From assembly GCA_031364845.1 (NCBI GenBank), contig JANLWX010000196.1, positions 1 through 27,325 on the forward strand: a DNA stretch of 27,325 bases, given 5' to 3'. The notes beneath the pieces are model-generated. The model saw nothing but the letters and a program-made list of their open reading frames with translations. It did not search any database and was not told the origin of the DNA. This stretch comes from Candidatus Eiseniibacteriota bacterium. GTDB lineage: Bacteria; Eisenbacteria; RBG-16-71-46. Position numbers and translations under genes: made by a program. Below, one piece after another: positions 16,024 through 24,200 of this stretch (position 1 is the stretch's first letter; every line of letters begins with the position of its first letter).

Positions 16024-17249
16024 CTGCGGTAGCGGTTGGCGATCCAGGTCACGGCATCGATGACGTCCTGAGTGTCACGCTCGCTCATCTTCGCGTAGAT
16101 CGGCAGCGAGAGGATGTTCTTGAACACCGCGGAGGCGTTCGGGAAGTCCTCGGGCTTGAATCCATACCGGTCGCGCCAGTAAGGATGCAGATGCAGCGGG
16201 ATGAAGTGCACCGACACGCCGATGTTCAGCGCCACCAGCTGGCGGATGAACTCGTCGCGATCGATCGTGAGCTTCTCCGGATCGACCTGGATGACGTACA
16301 GGTGCCAGCCGTGCTCCTCGTGGTTGCGCGTGGTCGGGATGCGCACGCCCGGCAGCTTCGCGAACGCCGCGTCATAGCGGCGCGCGACGCCGAGCCGCGT
16401 CGCGTGGTAGACGTGGGCGTTCTTCAACTGCGGAATGCCCATCGCCGCCGCGATGTCGGTCAGGTTGTACTTGAAGCCCGGTGCCAGGATCTCGTACGAC
16501 CACGAACCGGCCTGCGTGTAGCGCTTCCACGCGTCGCGGCTCATGCCGTGGAGGCACATGAGGCGCATGCGCTCGGCGAGCGCGTCGTCGTCGGTCGTGA
16601 TCATGCCGCCTTCACCCGTGGTGAGGTTCTTGGTGGCGTAGAAGCTGAACACGGTGACATCGCCGATCGATCCGATGCGGCGGCCCTTCCACATGGTCGG
16701 GATCGCGTGTGCGGCATCTTCGACGATCTTGAGGCCGTGCTTGGCCGCGATCTCGAGCATCATGTCCATGTCCGCCGACTGCCCGGCGAAGTGGACCGGC
16801 ATCAGCGCCTTCGTGCGCGGCGTGATCTTGGCCTCGATCTGGGACGCGTCGATGTTGAGCGTGTCCGGCTCGCAGTCGACCAGCACCGGCACGCCGCCGA
16901 GATGCTCGATGACGGCGGCGGTGGCGGTGAACGTCATCGGCGTGGTGATGACTTCATCACCCGGCCCGACTCCGACCGCTTCGAGCGCGAGATGGAGCCC
17001 CGACGTCGCGGAGTTCACCGCAATCGCGTGCTTGGCACCCGCCCACGCCGCGAACTCGTTCTCGAACTGCTTCACCTTCTGCCCGGTCGTGAGCCATCCC
17101 GAGCGCAGACAGGTCATCACGCCCTCGATCTCTTCTTCTCCGATCAGGGGCACGGCGAACGGCAGGAACGTTTCGCGAATCTTGGGCAGCTCACCGTTCG
17201 TCTCGGCGGACGCGGGAGCGGCACCCGGAGTGGCGGTCGATCTTTCCAT
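16020..17249 (-). CDS. DegT/DnrJ/EryC1/StrS PLP-dependent sugar aminotransferase
   Basis: NSATSGLHLAL, EDAAHA, FSFYATKNLTTGEGGM (PLP lysine), GFKYNLTDIAAAMG. Confidence 0.95.
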   Translation of the reverse strand: MERSTATPGAAPASAETNGELPKIRETFLPFAVPLIGEEEIEGVMTCLRSGWLTTGQKVKQFENEFAAWAGAKHAIAVNSATSGLHLALEAVGVGPGDEVITTPMTFTATAAVIEHLGGVPVLVDCEPDTLNIDASQIEAKITPRTKALMPVHFAGQSADMDMMLEIAAKHGLKIVEDAAHAIPTMWKGRRIGSIGDVTVFSFYATKNLTTGEGGMITTDDDALAERMRLMCLHGMSRDAWKRYTQAGSWSYEILAPGFKYNLTDIAAAMGIPQLKNAHVYHATRLGVARRYDAAFAKLPGVRIPTTRNHEEHGWHLYVIQVDPEKLTIDRDEFIRQLVALNIGVSVHFIPLHLHPYWRDRYGFKPEDFPNASAVFKNILSLPIYAKMSERDTQDVIDAVTWIANRYRR

Positions 17250-18394
17250 CAGCGTCGGTATGCTCCGTAGTAGTACGCCAGGGTTTCATCGTGACGAATG
17301 TCCACCTGGTTCAACACCACACCCAGCAGATTCGCCCCGATCTTCACGAGTTGATCCTTCGCCTGCTGCACGATACGCAGGTCGTATCCTTCCGCCTTCA
17401 CCACCAGCAGCACCCCGTGCGCGACCGAGGTCAGCGCTCCGGTCGGACTCGTCACCGCCACCGGCGCGCAGTCCATCAGCACCACGTCGAACGCCTTCGA
17501 CATCCGGTCGGCGAGAATCGAGAACGGACGGTCCGCCAGATCGAACGGCACCGTTCCGCTGGTCAGGATCTTGAGATTGTCCATGCCGGTGTCGGTGAAG
17601 TAGCTCGGGATCTGGCTCGACAGGAACGGATGCTTGAGGTATTCGCCGAAGCGTCCGGTGATGAACGCGTCGATCGAGGAGCCTTCGTCCTCCACCACGT
17701 CGCGGGACGCGGCACTCGCGACATACGGCGTCGCGGTCTCGGCGAAGTGATACGCCGGGCGCTGGAGGGTGATGATGCGATGGAGACAGTCCTTGAGCTG
17801 CGTTTCGAGTGCCGCGTCGAGGTCGGCGTTGCCGACGTAGCCGAGTCCGCGCAGCACGTCGCCGATCCGCCGCTGGCCTTCCATCTGTACCTTGAGCGCC
17901 ACGTCGCGCTGCTCGGCCGTGATGCGTCCGTCCTGGACCAGCAGGTGGCCAAGGCGTCCGTCTTCGTCCTGCGAGCCGCCCGACAGGCTGGTGATCCGTC
18001 CGCGCTGGAACGCGATCTGGAATTCGTCCGCGCCCTGCTTGACCGTGAGCATGCCGGTCTTGGTCTGGGCGCGCAGCAGTTCGATCCAGTCGCCGATGCC
18101 GAACTGTTCCGGATTCTCCCGAGCGAGGTCGATGCCGTAGATCTCGCCCAGCAGATTGCCGAGCCCGCGGCGGTTCTCGACGCCGAAGCGTTTGTGAAGC
18201 GCCGGCTTGTAGGGATCGGCATCGATCAGCAGCACGCTCTGACGTCCCGAGCGCGCGAGCGCGCGTCCGAGATTCGAGGTCACCGTCGACTTCCCTTCAC
18301 CGGGACCGCTGCTCGTGATCACGAACTTGCTGAGTCCCTTGGCGAGGAACGGCTGCAGCGACGACGCTAGAGGCTGGTATGCGGCGGTATCCAT
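17249..18394 (-). CDS. Stand-alone BY-kinase (CpsD/CapB/Wzc C-terminal type) with internal DUF4388 + MshEN insertion
   Basis: Walker A GPGEGKST, Walker A' LLIDAD, Walker B DVVLMD, GVVLN and C-terminal Tyr cluster YYYGAY; an extra segment of about 175 aa between A' and B. Confidence 0.88.
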   Translation of the reverse strand: MDTAAYQPLASSLQPFLAKGLSKFVITSSGPGEGKSTVTSNLGRALARSGRQSVLLIDADPYKPALHKRFGVENRRGLGNLLGEIYGIDLARENPEQFGIGDWIELLRAQTKTGMLTVKQGADEFQIAFQRGRITSLSGGSQDEDGRLGHLLVQDGRITAEQRDVALKVQMEGQRRIGDVLRGLGYVGNADLDAALETQLKDCLHRIITLQRPAYHFAETATPYVASAASRDVVEDEGSSIDAFITGRFGEYLKHPFLSSQIPSYFTDTGMDNLKILTSGTVPFDLADRPFSILADRMSKAFDVVLMDCAPVAVTSPTGALTSVAHGVLLVVKAEGYDLRIVQQAKDQLVKIGANLLGVVLNQVDIRHDETLAYYYGAYRR

Positions 18395-18398
18395 GGGG

Positions 18399-19749
18399 TC
18401 ACGCCTTCGGAATCAGGCCCATGACGGGCAACTGGAGGTAGTCGTCGACATCCTGCGGAGTCCGGATCGTCCGGCGCAGGTATTCGCGGAGGAAGGCGAG
18501 CCCGGTGCCGATCGTGAGGCCGGCGAACAGGCAGACGATGAAGTTGAGCAGCTTGCGCGGACGCACGGGGCTCGAGTTGGCAGCGGCGGGTTCGATGACT
18601 TCGACCAGCGGTCCGCGCGCCTGCCCGGTGATCTCCGCTTCCTTCAACTTCGTGAGCAGCGCGTTGTACAGCTCGCGCTGATTCGTCACTTCGCTCTCGA
18701 GCGTGGCGAGGTTGCGGCTGGCGTTTGGATCGTCCTGCGGCGCGAGATTGCGCGCGCGCGTCGGCCGCGTTCAGCTCGGCGCGGGCGGCGGCGGCGGCGT
18801 CTTCGAGTTCGCGGCGGATGTTCGCACGGATCGATTCGTTCTCCGACTCGAGCATCACGAGCCGCGGGTGGCGGTCCTTGTAGATTCCGCGCGCCTTCGC
18901 GAGTTCGGTCTCCGAGTCGAGCAGCTGCTTCTTGAGCGCATCGAGGGCGGCGCTGCGCGCCGGCAGGCGCTCGAGGTCGATGTTCTGCGACGCCGCGGCG
19001 TCACGCAGACGCGCATAGCGCTCGGCGGCGCCGGCGCGATCCCCGCTCGCCTTCACGTGCGCCGACGCCTTCTCGGCCGCCTGGAGGCTCTGGCGGACTT
19101 CCTGGATCTGCGAAGTGAGGTAGGTGACGAGATTCGAAGAGCCGGCGCTGCGCTGATCGACCTGATACTGGACGAACATGTCGGCCACCGTGTTCGCGAT
19201 CTGCTCGGCCGAGCGGGGCTTCGAGTGTTCGACGTGAATGTTCACCAGACGCGTGTCGCGCACCGGCTCGACGCTGATGTGAGTCAAGAGCCAGTCGACC
19301 TGGCTCTGCGGCACGGCACGCGCGAGCGGATCGCCTGTATCGGTCGCTCCGCCCATCTGGGCCACGGCCGCGGGGGCCGTGCGCCGGCCGAACAGCGTCT
19401 TGTACCACGGCGCTCCGGGTTTCTCGTTGCCGGCCAGCACGCCCTGCTCCCGCAGCGTGCCCACGACACGCGCGAGCAGCTTGCGGTTCGTGATCAGCTC
19501 GGCCGCGGTATAGAGCGCGAGATTGTCCGACTGTGCAGTCGGGCTCTCGAGCATCTCCCCCGTCAGCAGCGAGCGGGACGGCTCGCGCGAAATCTGGATA
19601 CGCACCGTCGCCCGATAGACGGGATCGGTGATGGTGTTGAGCATCATCGCGAATGCGGCCCCGCACACTACTGAGCCCAGCACCCACCATTTTCGTCGCA
19701 CGAGGATGCGACCGTAGTCGCGCAGATCCATTTCAGAAGTTTTGGCCAT
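18399..19749 (-). pseudogene. GumC/Wzz-type polysaccharide co-polymerase, split by a frameshift near 18750-18760 (real or assembly artefact)
   Basis: ATG 19749 MAKTSEMDLRDYGRILVRRKWW + TM1, YKDRHP motif and coiled coil in one frame; the C-terminal LYNALL..., PVRPRKLLN + TM2 + LPVMGLIP lies in another frame (18399-18689 ORF). Confidence 0.8.
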
Positions 19750-19757
19750 GGTCTCTC

Positions 19758-20684
19758 TCAGTATCGGCGGTGGGGCACGTCGACTCGATCGCCGGCGGCA
19801 ACTGCCAGATCCGGCGTTTTTCCACGGCGCACTTTGGACAGATCGACCTCGATCGTGCGCGTCTTTCCATTTTCGTTTCGCAACACCTTCACGCGATTGA
19901 GCGCCGCGTAGTTCGTGAACCCGCCGGCGAGCGTGCACGCGCTCAGCACGGTCAGGCCTTCCTGGGCGTTGTAGGCGCCCGGATTGCGCACCTCACCCGA
20001 GACGAACACCTTGCGCGCCTGATTGCGCACTGTGACCAGCACCTGCGGGTCGACGAAGAATTCGCGCGCGAGGATCTCGCGCATCTTGCCCGACAGCTGG
20101 AACGCCGTGGTTCCGGCGACGGCGATCTGGCCGATGAGCGGACTCGTCAGCGTACCCGCCGGCGAAACCTCGGCCGTGAAATCCTCCTGCTTCTCGCCGC
20201 CCGCGTAGATCGCGACGTTCACCATGTCGCCGGGGCCGAGCTGATAGGAGACTTCGTCCGATGCCGCCGCGGGATTGGAACTGCCGGGGAACAGCGAGAC
20301 GACGACCGTGTCGCGGTGTTTCGTGGGGTCGGAGACGACGAGCCGGATTTCGTAAGTGGTGCCGGGAGGTCCGTCCTGCTTCGGGACGAACGTCGCGTTC
20401 TTACCTTTGAAGCTCAGAATGCGGGCGCGCTCCTGGCCGACGTTGAAGGCATCGACGTCCCACTGGTAGGTGAGCTTGTCGTCCTTGTCCTCGTTGTCGG
20501 TGGCACGCCCGACCAGCGAGACGACCGCACCCGGCGTGTATGTCGAACTGTCGCGGGGCGACTCGATCTTCGCCACGGGCGCGGTTCCCCGGCCGCCCTT
20601 CTTCGCGGTCGCCGCAAATGCCGGCGCCGCCATGCACGCGATCAGTGCCACCAGGAACCCGCCCAACAGGATTCGCTTGCCCAC
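19758..20684 (-). CDS. Polysaccharide export protein (OPX/Wza-like, Poly_export + SLBB) with N-terminal Ig/PKD-like domain, 308 aa
   Basis: GTG 20684 with GGAAGGAG 8 nt upstream; signal peptide; YQLGPGD, LTSPLIG, VFVSGEVRNPGAY, LAGGFT, GDRVDVP. Confidence 0.88.
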   Translation of the reverse strand: MGKRILLGGFLVALIACMAAPAFAATAKKGGRGTAPVAKIESPRDSSTYTPGAVVSLVGRATDNEDKDDKLTYQWDVDAFNVGQERARILSFKGKNATFVPKQDGPPGTTYEIRLVVSDPTKHRDTVVVSLFPGSSNPAAASDEVSYQLGPGDMVNVAIYAGGEKQEDFTAEVSPAGTLTSPLIGQIAVAGTTAFQLSGKMREILAREFFVDPQVLVTVRNQARKVFVSGEVRNPGAYNAQEGLTVLSACTLAGGFTNYAALNRVKVLRNENGKTRTIEVDLSKVRRGKTPDLAVAAGDRVDVPHRRY

Positions 20685-20776
20685 TTCTTCCACTCCTTCC
20701 GTAACGGTCCGGTTTCCGGATGGCGTCTCCGGCCCGTTGCTACGCGTCATTCGCACGGCACATTCCCTCGTATGCT

Positions 20777-21985
20777 TCATTCCTGCCAAGGCCTTGCAGT
20801 CAACGTCAGTGTGAAACGGTTGCGGTCGAAGGCGGTGGCACTACCCGACTCCGGAGCATCCTGACGCATGTAATCCCAACCCAGTCTGCCGGTCAGCCAC
20901 GTTCCGAACGGTGCCGAGAATCCGGCCCCCGCCCGCCACAGGTCGATCTCCGGGCCCTGCCCGCGCAATGCCCGCGTGCGCCCGAAGCTTCCGCCGACAT
21001 CGATGACCTGTCCACCGTACAGCGTATCGCGGACCGTCGCCGAGCCCCGGCGCGTCAGCGTCGCCACGCGGTACTGGCCGCCGTCGGCCTCGATCGACGT
21101 GTCCCACGCGAGCGTGGCGGACCGGCCGTCCCGGTCGACGTCGAACGATGCCTCGACGGTCGTTGCAATGTCATCGGCCACTCGCAGCCGAAGTGTGACC
21201 GGAGCTTCGGGGTCCCCCCCTTTTCGGGTGAGTCCGAACGCCAGCGCCGGGCGGACTTCGACCCCGCCCTCGGCACCATAGTCGACCTGAACCCGGCCCG
21301 CGGTGTATTCGGTGGAAAACATCGCCGAGTGCTCGCGCTCGAGCGAAACGGTCTGGTAGTCGGCCCGCAGGGTCCGCTCATCTCCGATGCGCAACTCGCG
21401 GCGGCGGATCTCCAGTGTTCCCTTGGTGATATCGGTTCGGATCGGATACAACCTGCCGGATGCGTCGATCGCGTTTCCGTCGGCGAGCCCGCTTTCGTCG
21501 TAGTCCCACAGCCGATGACGGATGCCGGCGCCGATCCGGCGGAAATCCGCGCTGGCCCGGGCAAACAGATTCGTGACGTCGCCGCGCGTGGTCACGACCC
21601 CATCCTGGAAGTCGATCGGATCGACCGAGCGCACATAACGACCCCGCGCTTCGAGATGATTGAAGACCCCTGGCCTGTGCTCGAACGCGAGCGAGGCCAG
21701 GTCATTGCGCGAGGACGGGGCATTGGTGCGCGTGTACGACGTGAACGCGGTCCTGGCCTTCAATTCGTAGGACGTGATGGGATCGCGATTGAAGATCGTG
21801 AGCCCCGGCCGCACCGCGGTCACGAAGTCCTCGGAGCCTTCAGCGCGATGGAGGACGTTGTCGTCGTGGCGTCCCTCGACCTCGAGTTCGGGCAGCCACG
21901 TCACGGCATGCGCCGCCAGCGGCCCGGCGCACAGCACGCCGGCCCCGAGCAGCAACCCTGCCCACCTACCGCTCCAAGAACGCAC
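20777..21985 (-). CDS. Putative outer-membrane beta-barrel of the polysaccharide export system
   Basis: Signal peptide ending AHA; N-terminal HDDNV motif; alternating beta-strand pattern; C-terminal RNRFTLTLTA strand; 402 aa; directly upstream of the OPX gene. Confidence 0.75.
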   Translation of the reverse strand: MRSWSGRWAGLLLGAGVLCAGPLAAHAVTWLPELEVEGRHDDNVLHRAEGSEDFVTAVRPGLTIFNRDPITSYELKARTAFTSYTRTNAPSSRNDLASLAFEHRPGVFNHLEARGRYVRSVDPIDFQDGVVTTRGDVTNLFARASADFRRIGAGIRHRLWDYDESGLADGNAIDASGRLYPIRTDITKGTLEIRRRELRIGDERTLRADYQTVSLEREHSAMFSTEYTAGRVQVDYGAEGGVEVRPALAFGLTRKGGDPEAPVTLRLRVADDIATTVEASFDVDRDGRSATLAWDTSIEADGGQYRVATLTRRGSATVRDTLYGGQVIDVGGSFGRTRALRGQGPEIDLWRAGAGFSAPFGTWLTGRLGWDYMRQDAPESGSATAFDRNRFTLTLTARPWQE

Positions 21986-22367
21986 GATCCCTCACGACCC
22001 GGATTCTTGCGAAACCGGGACCTCGACCGACCCTAATTGGACCACCGAACCACCCCGGCACGGGGTGCAGGCAGAGAAAACGTAGCCACGTCCGCCGATA
22101 CGTTCCGGGCGCACGATTGCGCTCCCGGTCCGAAAGCCCCGCCCCCGGCGGACCGACGACTTCCGACCCGGGAGCAATGTAATGAGTCCGGGCCGAACCA
22201 TCAAACAATTGGCGCGAAATGAAATAGCGGTATTCTTCCCAGCTCGTGGCGATCCCACCCAGACTCAGCTACCGCCCGAACCACCGCAACTCCTTGCGGC
22301 GAAAGGTTGCCCGACGCGGTCGGCCTGCGGCGGTAAGCCTCGATCTCGACGATTCTCCATGGCTTCA

Positions 22368-22384
22368 TGCACGATACGGGCCAA
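22368..22384 (-). promoter_or_regulatory. Putative sigma54 promoter for the polysaccharide operon
   Basis: Minus strand TTGGCCCGTATCGTGCA has GG-N10-GC and is near consensus; it starts the intergenic region ahead of the first operon gene. Confidence 0.55.
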
Positions 22385-22393
22385 ACGCACGAC

Positions 22394-24199
22394 TCATGCG
22401 GCGGCACGAACCAGTCCGAGCCGCGGAATCAGGATCGTGAACTCACTGCCCTGGCCGGGCTCGCTGTGCACTGCGAGGGTTCCGCCATGGGCTTCGACGA
22501 TCCCGCGCGCGATCGCGAGCCCGAGCCCGAGGCCCGCCGAGCGGAACTCGAGCGTGTTCGACGAGTGGTGGTGCATCGAGTCACGCACCGCGAACGCTCG
22601 CGAGAAGATCGACTTCTGCTGGTCCGGCTCGATCCCGATCCCGCTGTCGGAGACCTCGACCAGGAACCCACTGGGAATGTCCTCGGCCCTCACCACGATG
22701 TGGCCTCCGTCGGGCGTGAAGCGGATCGCGTTGCGTACCAGATTCGCGATCGCATGCGTGAGTCGCGGTCCATCGATGAACCCGCGCCCCAGATCGGGCG
22801 CGATCCGCGGCTCGATCGTCAGCTCGCGGCCGGGCGCATCGCCGAGTGCGAGCTGGAGTGCCGCATCGACCACCGGCGCAATCTCGCACTCTTCGCGATA
22901 GAGGATGAGCCGCTCGCCTTCGATCTGGGCGATGCGCGTCGCATCCTCGGTGAGCCGGATCAGGCCCGAGATGCTGTCGTCGATCGCGGACAGCGCCTTC
23001 TGCTGGCGGTCGGTCACCGGACCCAGCGCGCCCTGATAGAACAGATCGTGGAACCCTTTGATCACCGTGATCGGCGTGCGCAGCTCGTGCGAGGCGACGT
23101 TGATGAACTCGGTCTTCAGCCGCGCGACTTCCTGAAGGCTCGTGATGTAGTCGCGTTCGCGGTTTCGCATCTCGCAGAATCGGGCGCCGAGATAGCCGAT
23201 CTCGTCACCATTGCCCGACGGAATCGGCGCGTCGTATTCGCCGCGCTCCATCGCCTCGGCGCCGCGCACGAGCTGGAGCAGCGGCCGGGTCAGGCGCTCG
23301 GCGGTGAATGCTCCGAGAAATGCGGCGATCGCGACCGCGATCAACGCCAGCGTCATGAGCGCGCGCTGCGCGCGATGCAGGAACGCCATCTCGGCCTCGA
23401 GCGAGCGCTGGATCACGAACCAGTGCGCGTTCTCCACCCGCGTCCCCGGCAACGGGCGCGCGAGCGTCACCCACGTGTTCTCGGCACCGCGCACTTCGAC
23501 CGGCGCGGAGGCCGCGCCGCCGGGCATCGCGGCGAGCCCCGCGAGCAGACTCTGAATGTCGGCGTCCGCGGTGAGCGAGCTGCCGCTGCTGGCCCCCTTC
23601 GTGACGAACGTGACCTCACCGCGCGTGAGGATGTGGAGTTCACGCGCCAGCTCGGCACCGACCTCGGCGCCGAGTAGCAGCGAACCCGCGAGCACGCCGT
23701 CGACCCGTACCGGCGTGAGCGTCACCTGCCACTGCGTGCCGTCGCCGTCCAGCAGTCCCGATATCTCCTCGCCGCGGAGTGCGGCTTCGTTCAGCCACGT
23801 GCGGTCCGCGGACTTCGCATCATCGGTGCCGACCGAGGCGAGCACCCGTCCCTGGCGGTCGCGGACTTCGAACAGATCGGCGTGCGTGATCGCATGGAAG
23901 TCCTCGGCGATGTCGCGCACGGTGGCGCGCGCGCCGGCGCTGGCAGCACCACCCGGCAGTGCGACGGCCGAGAAGAACCGCGGGTCGCGCGTGATGACAC
24001 GCCCCATTGTCGAGAGTCCCACACCGCGCTCGGCGAACTGCTTGTCGAACACCAGGGCCGCGCGCATGAGCGAGTCGTTGATCTCGGTGCGCACCTGGGC
24101 CGTCACGGCCCGTCCGAGATAGACGAACGCGACGATGCCGAGCACCGCGGGAACCACGACGGTGAGCAGCAGCAGGCGCCAGCGCAGCGGGAAACGCAC
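22394..24199 (-). CDS. Membrane sensor histidine kinase (periplasmic Cache-like domain, HAMP, HisKA, HATPase_c)
   Basis: Two TM segments, HAMP (LTRPL...GDEIGYL), SHELRTP, NLVRNAIRF, DSGIG, GLGLGL, GQGSEF. Confidence 0.95.
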   Translation of the reverse strand: MRFPLRWRLLLLTVVVPAVLGIVAFVYLGRAVTAQVRTEINDSLMRAALVFDKQFAERGVGLSTMGRVITRDPRFFSAVALPGGAASAGARATVRDIAEDFHAITHADLFEVRDRQGRVLASVGTDDAKSADRTWLNEAALRGEEISGLLDGDGTQWQVTLTPVRVDGVLAGSLLLGAEVGAELARELHILTRGEVTFVTKGASSGSSLTADADIQSLLAGLAAMPGGAASAPVEVRGAENTWVTLARPLPGTRVENAHWFVIQRSLEAEMAFLHRAQRALMTLALIAVAIAAFLGAFTAERLTRPLLQLVRGAEAMERGEYDAPIPSGNGDEIGYLGARFCEMRNRERDYITSLQEVARLKTEFINVASHELRTPITVIKGFHDLFYQGALGPVTDRQQKALSAIDDSISGLIRLTEDATRIAQIEGERLILYREECEIAPVVDAALQLALGDAPGRELTIEPRIAPDLGRGFIDGPRLTHAIANLVRNAIRFTPDGGHIVVRAEDIPSGFLVEVSDSGIGIEPDQQKSIFSRAFAVRDSMHHHSSNTLEFRSAGLGLGLAIARGIVEAHGGTLAVHSEPGQGSEFTILIPRLGLVRAAA

Positions 24200-24200
24200 G

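Noticed and set aside
18367..19938. 523-aa ORF as a complete protein
   Set aside because: The N-terminal extension overlaps the OPX gene and the tail after about 18750 is out-of-frame sequence; the true C-terminus is in the 18399-18689 frame.
20773..20789. Sigma54-like TTGGCAGGAATGAAGCA before the OPX gene
   Set aside because: Poor -12 box and mostly within the last codons of the barrel gene.
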